IMG/VR virus record: IMGVR_UViG_3300037067_006488
Span: 13,284-77,283 of that record
Length of the DNA: 64,000 nt
Source: a virus
Lineage: Duplodnaviria > Caudoviricetes
Reading direction: 5' to 3' (one strand)
The notes below the pieces were generated by a model that saw only the letters and a list, made by a program, of their open reading frames with translations, was not told the origin of the DNA and did no database searches. Of the stretch, positions 9,089 through 18,334 are shown piece after piece. Every line of letters begins with the position of its first letter. The first letter of the stretch is position 1. Made by a program: the position numbers and the translations under genes.

Positions 9089-9688
9089 TTATTGTACTGC
9101 GATTATCGTAACCGCCCCGACAAGCAATCCTCCCATAGTCCAATTAAATATCTTAGCCCTTCTTAACTTACCCCTTACCTTTATCAATTCCTCTGCCTGT
9201 ACAGTTATTAACGCCGTGCTTATCCCCTGTTCTTGTAACAGGTAGCTTGTCTGCACACGAAGAGAATCCGACAACCTTGCATAAGAATATACATTGGTCT
9301 TTAATATCTCGATATGGTTCTCGTAAATCTGATTAAGGGTATCGCAATTTAGATACAAGGTAACGGTATCTACCCCTGGGTGGATACTTTGTATCGCTTC
9401 GTACCTTTTCTTGTATGCGTATGCCCTATTTTCGCTTTCCTGAGTGTTTAAATTGGCTTTCTTTACGTCGGCCTCCAATAAAACAATCTTCTCCTGAAGA
9501 GCGTCGGATTTAACAACAAGGCTGTCTCGTTGTGCTCTTAATACAGCTTGTGTTGCTATGTTCTGCTGGTCTTTCTTCGACAGGCGGGAGTTGTTAACGC
9601 CAAGCCATATCGAAGCCCCTACAAACAACAAAGAGATAAATAACCAAAATAGGTCTATCTCATACTTCTTTTGTTCTGACTGTGCCAA
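9089..9688 (-). CDS. Putative spanin-like or lysis membrane protein
   Basis: N-terminal TM, coiled coil, C-terminal hydrophobic segment; downstream of the amidase; TTG start uncertain. Confidence 0.45.
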   Translation of the reverse strand: MAQSEQKKYEIDLFWLFISLLFVGASIWLGVNNSRLSKKDQQNIATQAVLRAQRDSLVVKSDALQEKIVLLEADVKKANLNTQESENRAYAYKKRYEAIQSIHPGVDTVTLYLNCDTLNQIYENHIEILKTNVYSYARLSDSLRVQTSYLLQEQGISTALITVQAEELIKVRGKLRRAKIFNWTMGGLLVGAVTIIAVQ

Positions 9689-9716
9689 AGCTAAATATAT
9701 TAATTATTAATACAAA
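9686..9716 (-). promoter_or_regulatory. Bacteroidota consensus promoter at the tnpB 3' end
   Basis: Minus strand TTTG-N19-TAGCTTTG. Confidence 0.5.
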
Positions 9717-10890
9717 TTTCCTGCTTCTTAGAATCGCTAAATTGCAATGCAACTGAACTCAATTCTCCACAGGCTTCACATCCCTCGACTTTCGAGGTAG
9801 GGCAATAATTTGCCAAATTTATAGCCGCGTTTAAATCTCGATCTATCACTAAACCGCAATTCTCACACGTATAAGTGCGTTCAGACAGCTTCAATATTTT
9901 TTTCTTGTTCCCACAAGAAGAACACATTTTACTGCTTGGAAAGAAGCGATCTGCAACAATCAATTCTTTTCCTTGCCACATAGCTTTATAAGTAAGCTGT
10001 CTTCTTATTTCACCAAAAGAAACATCTGAAATAGCCTGAGATAGTTTTCTGTTTTTAATCATTCCCTTAACGTTCAAATCCTCAATAATAATCCTATCAA
10101 AGTTACTAATAATATAAGAAGTGACCTGGTGTATAGCGTGCCTTCTAATACACGCAACGCGATAATGTAATCGAGCTAGTTTTGTTTGTTGTTTTCTACG
10201 ATTATTACTGCCTTTTTGTTTGCGGCTCAACCCCCTTTGTAGTCGCTTAAGCCTTTTTAGGTTTGATTTAAGGGTTTTAGGGTTTTTAAAAGTTTTACCA
10301 TTGCTTAATATTGCCATATGTTTAACACCAAAATCCACGCCTACGGCAACTTGGTTATCGCTTACCGTAACAGGGTTGTTGATCGTTTTAATTGATATTG
10401 CGGCGAACCACATATCAGCAACACGTTTTATTGTAACAAAATTTACCTTACCATCAAATCTTAAATTTTCTGAACACTTTATTTTGCCAATTCTTGGTAT
10501 GTGTATTTTAAAGTCTTTTTGCTTAAACTTATTATTATTTTCAACGGCAACAAAACTATCCCGAATGCCCTTTTTCTTATAGCGAGGATACCCACTCTTT
10601 TCTTTCCACATCTTTTTATAGGCTCGTTCAAGGTGATGTATTGCGTATTGCGGGGCTGTCTTACTCACCTCCATAAAAAAAGGCATTTCCTCCCTTTTTA
10701 TTTTATTCTGTAACTTAATAAGGGTATAAGCGGAAGGACTCTCTCCCCCCTCATACATCTCCTTCCATTTAGTTAAACCCCAATTATAAGAATAACGAGC
10801 CACGCCGCATGATTTACGAAGAAGCACCTCTTGCGACTTAGTGGGATAAAGCTTTAGCGTATGGGTTTTATGTGGTTCTAATACCCCCAT
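9700..10890 (-). mobile_element. tnpB: Orphan TnpB RNA-guided nuclease (IS605/IS607-type), no tnpA
   Basis: N-terminal LKLYPT HTH, RuvC GVDFG / IIEDL / DRDLNAA, zinc ribbon CSSC..CENC, C-terminal ACGE...KQE. Confidence 0.92.
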
Positions 10891-11566
10891 CTCTTTTAAT
10901 TTTATCTATTACATCAAGCGATCCGTTTAGTAAGGCATCTGTTGCCTTCTCCTGCCAATCCGTAGATAGCATTGTAAGGGCTTCTTGTCGGTTTGTAAAG
11001 AATCCCGACTCTAACAATAAACCCATAGCACCGTGTTTCTCCGCAAGTCTTAGCATCTTCCAGCTCTCCTCTTTATCGTATTCGTTTTCTTTCTCCCTGT
11101 TGATTCTAAACCTAAATCCAAAGTTATACAGATGTGGGTAATAGATATTAGCAAGGTAGTCGCTATCATTAAGCGTCTTTGTCGTCCATATCTCTACCCC
11201 GTTAGCAGATGTGTTTGTCGCTGCGTTACCGTGTATAGAAAGCACTGCATGGGTATATGCGGGATAAGCCTTAACAATCCTTTCTATTTTCTGTCCCCTG
11301 ACATCTAAAGATTCGTCGAAGTTAGATATAGTTGTAAAGGCATGGGTTATGTTCTTCTTCATAAACTTCTTCGCAAGGAGTTTTACGATGTCTCTATTAA
11401 AACACCCTTCCTCGAAGACGAAATCTTTGTGATCGTACATCTTGGCGGGGGCTGTTGTGTACTTGCCGTTTATCCTTCCGCCGTGCCCCGCATCGAGGAT
11501 AAACATAACAGTGGGCTTGTCGTACTCTTGGGAAACCCAAGCATCATAATCTATAAAATTTGTCAT
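10868..11566 (-). CDS. N-acetylmuramoyl-L-alanine amidase (Amidase_3) endolysin
   Basis: ILDAGHGG, E, SIHGNA, GVEIW, LLESGFFTN zinc-binding motifs. Confidence 0.9.
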   Translation of the reverse strand: MTNFIDYDAWVSQEYDKPTVMFILDAGHGGRINGKYTTAPAKMYDHKDFVFEEGCFNRDIVKLLAKKFMKKNITHAFTTISNFDESLDVRGQKIERIVKAYPAYTHAVLSIHGNAATNTSANGVEIWTTKTLNDSDYLANIYYPHLYNFGFRFRINREKENEYDKEESWKMLRLAEKHGAMGLLLESGFFTNRQEALTMLSTDWQEKATDALLNGSLDVIDKIKRDGGIRTT

Positions 11567-11567
11567 A

Positions 11568-12077
11568 TCAGTCTTTCTTGATTGTATTTAAAACTTCTTG
11601 TATTGATATTGGCGTGTAGTTAATATTCTCTACCGATACGTTTAGCATATTGTTGGCTTCAAAAGCAGTGCCTTGGTGGATGTGCCCGAACAAATGTATA
11701 GAGCCGTACTTCCTATTCTGCCACGACCATAGAGGGTAATGATCCAACACAAAGTCGTGTCCTTCTAAATGAATATAAAGCCTGTCGTGTATGGATTTAA
11801 ACCTGTTACGTCTGTTGTTGGCGTTTAGCGTCCTGCCGTCATGATTACCCCGAATAAAAACAATCTCCCCGTTAAGCATATCGAATATACTGCATATACG
11901 GTTTACCGATGTCTTGTATGCAAAATCTCCGAGGTGATATACGGTGTCTTCGGGTTTAACAACATTGTTCCAATTCCTGATAAGGGTTGCGTCCATCTCC
12001 TCTACAGAAGAGAACGGTCTCCCGAAAAGAAGGGTGCTTTTGTGCCCAAAATGTGTGTCGGAAATAAAGTGTATCAT
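11568..12077 (-). CDS. Calcineurin-like metallophosphoesterase
   Basis: FISDTHFGH, HLGDF, GNHD, HYP, GHIH motifs; likely start MIHF at 12077. Confidence 0.9.
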   Translation of the reverse strand: MIHFISDTHFGHKSTLLFGRPFSSVEEMDATLIRNWNNVVKPEDTVYHLGDFAYKTSVNRICSIFDMLNGEIVFIRGNHDGRTLNANNRRNRFKSIHDRLYIHLEGHDFVLDHYPLWSWQNRKYGSIHLFGHIHQGTAFEANNMLNVSVENINYTPISIQEVLNTIKKD

Positions 12078-12175
12078 AGTTTTCTGTTGGGTAGTAAAAA
12101 TAACCACCTTTAAAAAGGTAAAAAAACGGCAGCTATACGAGATAACTGCCGAAAAACAAACATGAGAAAGGAAAC

Positions 12176-12541
12176 CTATTCTTCCGGTTCTTCAACATCG
12201 CCCCTCCTCTTGATAAAGGCGACTGTTTTCTTGTAGAGGGTAAAGGTGTCTTCCAGCCAATAGATATAATCCTCAACAATGCCTTCTGCCTCGTCATTGC
12301 TTATATCGAATTTATCCTCGAAATAAACAACAAGGGCATCTCTTTCTTCGGGATCAACGTCTACCGCCTCTGTCCAAAATTCTTCCCTTGCTTTAAAGAG
12401 GTCAATGGCTGGTCTGGCGTCCCACAATAAACCCAAACCCTCTTGTAGTGATACTTTCTTGTCGGCTAATGCCTTGTCGAGTGACTGTGCTATAGTGGTA
12501 ACAAAGTCTACTCCTTTCTTTAACTGATCTATGCCAGGCAT
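12176..12541 (-). CDS. Hypothetical protein
   Basis: Intact ORF with upstream TATATTTG (12577-12584) -7 box. Confidence 0.6.
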   Translation of the reverse strand: MPGIDQLKKGVDFVTTIAQSLDKALADKKVSLQEGLGLLWDARPAIDLFKAREEFWTEAVDVDPEERDALVVYFEDKFDISNDEAEGIVEDYIYWLEDTFTLYKKTVAFIKRRGDVEEPEE

Positions 12542-12603
12542 AATAAATAAAATTTAAGTTTAACATTAATGCAGGACAAATATACGAAAAAGGATTGGGA
12601 TAG

Positions 12604-12633
12604 AAAAATAAAGCGGGGTGTTTTTTACCCCGC
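12604..12633 (-). terminator. Intrinsic terminator ending the exported-protein block
   Basis: GCGGGGT/ACCCCGC stem followed by TTTATTTTT on the minus strand. Confidence 0.7.
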
Positions 12634-12695
12634 CCCTACAATAAAAACATATCAGCGTTATATCGTCTGTTGGTGTGTTGTGTAGATTAGGTTCA

Positions 12696-14576
12696 TTATA
12701 GAACAGTTATCGCATTCTTACTGTTGTTCTTTATCACATAATATATTATTACCGTTGGTGTTGTAAGACTACTATCATAATTTGCGTTTATTGTAATTAC
12801 ATTAGTCCCAGTTGTCACCGACCATGAACCAGTTAACGTACCTGCTGAAACAGCATCATCTTCGGCTGTGCTTGCAAGTTCGATTGTCCCCGTATAACTT
12901 GCTGCTTTGTTGACATATTGATATTTAACTATCCCGCTTATTGCTTGCATATCTGTCCCTTCAGTTGCGGTAATGGTATATTCAACAATTCCACCGCACA
13001 TTCCTAATGTGGGTAATGCAATGGTGGCTATTCCTGTGGCCGATCCGTCTGCTAATACTTTACTACCAGTAATAATTCTATCCACATTTGCTCCTGCGTG
13101 CATGACCCCGATTTTAACATTACTTTCTTCACTTGTATTTGTTACATTAGTATGTGACCAACTTATCTTTCCTGCCATTCTTTCGTTTCCGGTTGCACTC
13201 TGAGCATATAAATCAATTGATCCCCCAATCCCTGCTGCTGCTGTACCAGAACTAAGGCGAGATATTTTAATTTGACTTGTAATAGTATTTGTAGACGATG
13301 GATAACTTTGGAAGTCTGCTATTCTTGCTCCTGATGTGGTAGACATCCACCCAGCCAACCCAGATGTAGAGCTAAAATAGCCTCCGTAACCACTTACTGA
13401 AACACCCTGAACGCCTCTACCGCCACCTGAATTTAAACCATATACCGAACTCTTAGTGGCTGCTGCACTTGCTGATGTATTCGCATATAGCGCATAATCT
13501 AATTTACTGTAAGCAAATAATCCATATAAGGAATCCGAACCAGAGTATGATCCTGATCCCTTTCCATAATTATAATACCATGCTCCGTATTTTGTATTAT
13601 CAGTTGATATTGTTTGTGCATATATACCAGTCCCGTTTGTTGATTCTGCTTTAAGACCATATCCGTTGGTTGATCGACCTAAACCTCCTGTTTCGTGTGT
13701 GGATATAGCTATAAATCCAGGGCCGTAAGTACTTGTTGCAGATAATCCTCCGGTTAAATTACCAACAAAATTTCCACCATAATCAAATGTAGATGTAGCT
13801 CTTATACCATACTCTGTGTCACCATAAGCATCAATGGCCGGATAATTCAAGGCCGTTAATATAATCTGTGCTTTATGCGGTGAATATAATTTAAAACTTC
13901 CCGTTACATTATTAGTGGTAGTCCACGCTGTTCCATTGGTAGAATAAGCATGCATCGCCGTCCCCTCATTCTTTGTGTCTAATGAAATAGTACCACCAGA
14001 CGGAGCAGCACTTCTCTGCATAACTATCCAATAACTTGTGCCTGCAACTAAATTTTGATTTGTAGTCTGTGTTCTTACTTCTTTATATGTTTTATCAAGA
14101 TAACCATATCTCGCATTCTCTTGAATAACCCCAACTTTAGTTCCCGGAACACCAGCATTATCTGAATATATCCACATATACCAATAATTTGTAACATTTG
14201 TTATTGTCCCTGTTCGTTTAGCAAAAACACCAAACGATAGGATAGATATATTACTTGTCGGTGTGAACTTAAACGCTTCATAAGTATGAGCAAATTCCAA
14301 GTCAGTGCCTGTGTTTGCGCTGCCATCCAAAGCGACTATTTCAGAATGTGTGATCGTTAGGTTTTCTTTATCAACACCAGTACCATCTAAAGTTAGGTCT
14401 CCTGTTATATTCCCCGCATTTATTGTAGCCTGTCCGCTTGTTTCTAACTGACTTCTTGTATATCCATTATTGTTGCCACCTATGCTTATTACTTGTTGTG
14501 CTTTTACGGTTAATACAGAAAATGATAGTATAAATAAAATAATTCCTGTTTTCATTACTATAAATATATTCTTCAT
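12696..14576 (-). CDS. Signal-peptide-bearing tail-fibre-like protein
   Basis: MKTGIILFILSFSVLTVKA|QQ leader (alternative start 14555); Gly-rich G.G..A.S.. repeats; beta-rich C-terminal tip. Confidence 0.6.
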   Translation of the reverse strand: MKNIFIVMKTGIILFILSFSVLTVKAQQVISIGGNNNGYTRSQLETSGQATINAGNITGDLTLDGTGVDKENLTITHSEIVALDGSANTGTDLEFAHTYEAFKFTPTSNISILSFGVFAKRTGTITNVTNYWYMWIYSDNAGVPGTKVGVIQENARYGYLDKTYKEVRTQTTNQNLVAGTSYWIVMQRSAAPSGGTISLDTKNEGTAMHAYSTNGTAWTTTNNVTGSFKLYSPHKAQIILTALNYPAIDAYGDTEYGIRATSTFDYGGNFVGNLTGGLSATSTYGPGFIAISTHETGGLGRSTNGYGLKAESTNGTGIYAQTISTDNTKYGAWYYNYGKGSGSYSGSDSLYGLFAYSKLDYALYANTSASAAATKSSVYGLNSGGGRGVQGVSVSGYGGYFSSTSGLAGWMSTTSGARIADFQSYPSSTNTITSQIKISRLSSGTAAAGIGGSIDLYAQSATGNERMAGKISWSHTNVTNTSEESNVKIGVMHAGANVDRIITGSKVLADGSATGIATIALPTLGMCGGIVEYTITATEGTDMQAISGIVKYQYVNKAASYTGTIELASTAEDDAVSAGTLTGSWSVTTGTNVITINANYDSSLTTPTVIIYYVIKNNSKNAITVL

Positions 14577-14582
14577 AACATC

Positions 14583-16412
14583 CTAATTTAATTGTATCCT
14601 TATATCCGTACCCTGGTTAATAATACTGTCAACTCCAAAGCCTATCCTTCCCGGTGGTGGTGGATTCGGATTACTTGCCTCTGTCACCGTTACTGTCCAC
14701 TCCTGAGTTGATTCATCCAGTGCTGTCACCGTGTAAACAACCGGAGAAGTAAAGTCTGTTGCTGTTCCGCTTGTAGGTGAAATTGTCGCTCCTTCTGATA
14801 CTGTTATCGTAGGTTGTAATGCTGTTACTGACGTGCCGTATTCTACTTCGATACTCACAGTATGATTTGCGGTGTCTATTGTGGCTGTGCCTGTTTGTTG
14901 AGTGAATATGAAAGTTAGGATGTTGTTGTCGGTGGTGTCAAGAAACCCATATTCCGAGTAACCCAAATCGGGAGCTGAACCAAAGAATGTTAATACCACT
15001 CCTGACGAATCCGATTCAGGGATTTGTATGCCTCCGTCTATTAAATCAGAACCTTCTTTTAGTTTTAGGAAGGTTATATCGGGCAATGCTCCCCCCGCCT
15101 TTCGGGAAGCTGTCATTTGAGCCACTCCCTGAACTGAATCAGTTAAAATAAAATCATCATCGGTTACGGTGAAATCTAAAGATAAACAGGACTTAGGCAC
15201 GCTTCCAATATCACATGAATCGAAAGTATTATTTGATTCTGTGTATGCTTGCCAAAAAACAGCATAATAAGGTCTCATGGCAGCATCAAATCCTAAAGGT
15301 TCATAAGATATATTATTCCTGTAAACACTCATAGGGTAAAGACAATCATTACTGCTTGCTGAAAAATTACCCGTATTCCTATATGCTGTGTTGTTATAAA
15401 GTAAAGAACCGTCTTTATAATATGGATCATAGTCAGACTGTCCGAATCCAGCTCCTGTATTAAAGGCAGCTATGTTGTTTCTTAAAATCCTGTCGTAACC
15501 AATGGAATCCCCTAAATGCAATACTCCTTCACCATCTATATACGCACTGTCGCCCCTTGCTGCTCCGAATTTAAACCCGGTTCCATCCCTTGCTCCAATA
15601 AATCCATGTAAAAATGACCAGCAATCTTTAAATAAAAAATCCCCACTGCCGCTAATATCGAATCCGTCATCTGTACAGTTCCATGCCCTGCATCCTATCC
15701 ATTCAAGATAACCACCCGCTTCACTATCACACTTCCAACCATCCGCACCATTACCCGGGACCACACTCAGGGAATCATTACAGTTATAAGCATCACAATT
15801 AATAAAACGAGTAGTATCTGTTTCGATTCCATTAAATCCACAAGTGCCGGAATAGGCAAACCCACGACCGCCAATATTATAAGCAATGCAATTTTCAAAT
15901 GTCATGTTGTGAGGATACCAACCTGCACCAAAGCCAGAGGCAACGCTGCCATTCAGGGGTTGTAATACATTTCTTAATGTAAGCCCTTTGAAATACAAAT
16001 AGCCTGTATTATTTAAGTCAATACCGCTGTTTGATGTGTTGCCGGTAGTGTCAACGTTAATGCAATCTAAAATCGGAGTTTCACCGGGATATGCAAAAAA
16101 ACAAATAGGATTTTCCGCTGTCCCTGTATGGCCTATGCCGCTTGATGGACTATAATATGTTGTATGGATATATACAACGCTATTGCCGTAAGAGTGTTCT
16201 GAGGGATACCAAATCCCTGATCTAAAATATACCGTATCCCCTGCATCTGCCGTTTCAAAAGCGTGCTGCCAAGTAGCCCAGGGAAGGCTTATATCCGTGC
16301 CCGTGTTTTCATCACTTGCATTTGCGTTATATGCCGTATCCTGCACATAATATGTAGCTGAATTAGCGATTAAAGAAAAGCAGACAAATAATATAATTAG
16401 TTTTAGTTTCAT
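14583..16412 (-). CDS. Signal-peptide-bearing PL9-family polysaccharide lyase-like beta-helix with C-terminal DUF5018-like Ig domain
   Basis: ADGWK...GCRAWNCTDDGFD...GFKFG matches Pel9A motifs; TIS..SG...DFTSPVVYTVTA Ig repeat. Confidence 0.75.
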   Translation of the reverse strand: MKLKLIILFVCFSLIANSATYYVQDTAYNANASDENTGTDISLPWATWQHAFETADAGDTVYFRSGIWYPSEHSYGNSVVYIHTTYYSPSSGIGHTGTAENPICFFAYPGETPILDCINVDTTGNTSNSGIDLNNTGYLYFKGLTLRNVLQPLNGSVASGFGAGWYPHNMTFENCIAYNIGGRGFAYSGTCGFNGIETDTTRFINCDAYNCNDSLSVVPGNGADGWKCDSEAGGYLEWIGCRAWNCTDDGFDISGSGDFLFKDCWSFLHGFIGARDGTGFKFGAARGDSAYIDGEGVLHLGDSIGYDRILRNNIAAFNTGAGFGQSDYDPYYKDGSLLYNNTAYRNTGNFSASSNDCLYPMSVYRNNISYEPLGFDAAMRPYYAVFWQAYTESNNTFDSCDIGSVPKSCLSLDFTVTDDDFILTDSVQGVAQMTASRKAGGALPDITFLKLKEGSDLIDGGIQIPESDSSGVVLTFFGSAPDLGYSEYGFLDTTDNNILTFIFTQQTGTATIDTANHTVSIEVEYGTSVTALQPTITVSEGATISPTSGTATDFTSPVVYTVTALDESTQEWTVTVTEASNPNPPPPGRIGFGVDSIINQGTDIRIQLN

Positions 16413-17149
16413 AATCCATATTTAGTAACCAAATAATTATATATTGCCGTTTCATCATCATCGGTGTCGTCAATGCTTCTTAAAATAAATTCTTTAATTG
16501 AAAAGTTACCATAAACGGCCTGTGTAGATATTCTTCCTAAGTGAATACCATCCATCACCCCCGTCCCGAAATTACCCGTTACGGCTGTTTCTGTGTCTAT
16601 TTGTATTTTAGATGAAGCACCGCTAAAAACAATTCTCAACACCACCCATTCACCTATTGCCGCATAAGACAACTCGGATGAAACGCCCCCCGAATAGGCA
16701 AGGATATTGGGCGTAGTCCCGTATTGTTGAATAACTCCATTAGCATTTGAAAAGCCACTAAACAAACCTTCACCGTCCGTCCATGATTCTTGCCTGATAA
16801 CTGCATAAATCTGGTGTGGCTGAGATAATCCGGTAATTTCAATTACCGCTCTGTCATTATCACCGTCAAAGATTACAGAATCACCCCGGAATATCGGTCT
16901 GCCGGTCTGCCCAAAATTTGAAAGCAAATGATAATCATTACCTGATATATCATTCCATACTGTTAAGGAATCATTTATTTCTGTAATATTATCCGCACTT
17001 GCAACATACCATGCCACCGTATTCGCATTAAGAACATCAGGAATCCCGTCATCAACCGCCCCGCTCCCCCTATAAAACGGATACCTCCCTATCTGCCCGA
17101 ACATAAGGACAGACAAGAATAATAAGGGAATTGTTATTAATCGTTTCAT
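16409..17149 (-). CDS. Signal-peptide-bearing LamG/ConA-like domain protein
   Basis: MKRLITIPLLFLSVLMFG|Q; W.D.SGN.Y...P......FDG.ND pattern of fibre lectin domains. Confidence 0.6.
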   Translation of the reverse strand: MKRLITIPLLFLSVLMFGQIGRYPFYRGSGAVDDGIPDVLNANTVAWYVASADNITEINDSLTVWNDISGNDYHLLSNFGQTGRPIFRGDSVIFDGDNDRAVIEITGLSQPHQIYAVIRQESWTDGEGLFSGFSNANGVIQQYGTTPNILAYSGGVSSELSYAAIGEWVVLRIVFSGASSKIQIDTETAVTGNFGTGVMDGIHLGRISTQAVYGNFSIKEFILRSIDDTDDDETAIYNYLVTKYGL

Positions 17150-17152
17150 GGC

Positions 17153-18079
17153 TTAATATGTTGGTACTTTATATCCTGAAAGTGTAAGTATCAGTAATGA
17201 CGGTTTATTCCCGGCACTTACCCCGCTTATCGTACACCAAACAAACACACCGGGAGGGATAACAGCATTAGCAAAACTGGTATCATTATCTCCTGTCGTT
17301 ATACTCGTTACCGTGTAAGCAGATTCATTTAAGTTTGTCGCTGAACCAGATTTAAAGGTTGCGTGCCAAGATACTTGTACCGCCACCGTTTCCGTTCCAC
17401 TCCCTTCAGCAAGTACACCCCGTAAAGCTGTTACGTGTATTGTGTCGCTTCCCGCATTATAAAATGAACCTGCTATTGCATTGTTGGTGAACGAAGCCGT
17501 GTCAGCCGCTAATCCACTGCCAAGCCCAAAGACAAATATCGGTATCGTATCTGTCTTTAGATTTATGTCATTTGTATTCAACGGAATTGCGGAAAACACC
17601 CCGTCATCCATTCCGAATATAGTATCCACACTCGCCACCTCATTTGCACCTATCGTAAAGGCCGCAAGGCTGTCATGGACTATTGAAGATACATTTGCCG
17701 CCGTCTGGAAACTCGTTAAATCTCCGGCTACTGTGAAGGCAGAATCAACTAAGGCTGATTGTGTAACATACGTACTTAAATCTCCAGCCACAACAAACGC
17801 TGAGTCCACAAGTGCTGTTTGCTTTACATAATTTACAACTGTATCATGGACAATCCCTGATACGGTAGCGGCATCAACTCCACTTACTTCTAATAAATCA
17901 GAATAAGAGGCTATACCTCCCACCGCTCCGGTGGTGTCTGCCCAATGCAACACATTAGCTGAGTCCGCAGCCCATGAAGCGTCTGAACTGGTTGAACTGC
18001 TCCCGCTAATACTGATAACCTGCTGCCCGAATGATATACTGCATATCAGGCTTAATACAATAATAAGTTTTGTTTTCAT
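17153..18079 (-). CDS. Signal-peptide-bearing fibre-like protein
   Basis: MKTKLIIVLSLICSISFG|QQ; internal repeat ALVDSAF.VAGDL x2; beta-rich C-terminus. Confidence 0.6.
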   Translation of the reverse strand: MKTKLIIVLSLICSISFGQQVISISGSSSTSSDASWAADSANVLHWADTTGAVGGIASYSDLLEVSGVDAATVSGIVHDTVVNYVKQTALVDSAFVVAGDLSTYVTQSALVDSAFTVAGDLTSFQTAANVSSIVHDSLAAFTIGANEVASVDTIFGMDDGVFSAIPLNTNDINLKTDTIPIFVFGLGSGLAADTASFTNNAIAGSFYNAGSDTIHVTALRGVLAEGSGTETVAVQVSWHATFKSGSATNLNESAYTVTSITTGDNDTSFANAVIPPGVFVWCTISGVSAGNKPSLLILTLSGYKVPTY

Positions 18080-18082
18080 GCG

Positions 18083-18334
18083 TTAATCGTTTTTCTTTAT
18101 CTTAAACAACCCCAAAGTTAACCCTTCTATAAGAGTGTCCTTTGCCAACAACAAGGCATACCCTAACATAAATACAGGTATTATATCCCTGACGGGGAAT
18201 AATGCCGGAGAATCGTTAATAATGGCCTTAATATCGGCATATATCATGAACAAAGCATATAGGGTGATCGGTATACCCATTAACGTTGTTCTCCAATTCT
18301 GAAACCGTCTCTTTATGTTCTCTTGTTGGCTCAT
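18083..18334 (-). CDS. Holin-like 2-TM protein
   Basis: Start MSQQ at 18334 overlaps the upstream TGA (ATGA); NWRTTLMG then two TM helices and a basic tail. Confidence 0.5.
   Translation of the reverse strand: MSQQENIKRRFQNWRTTLMGIPITLYALFMIYADIKAIINDSPALFPVRDIIPVFMLGYALLLAKDTLIEGLTLGLFKIKKND

Noticed and set aside
9700-10890. TnpB as a nuclease-dead TldR-type regulator
   Set aside because: All three RuvC acidic residues are present.
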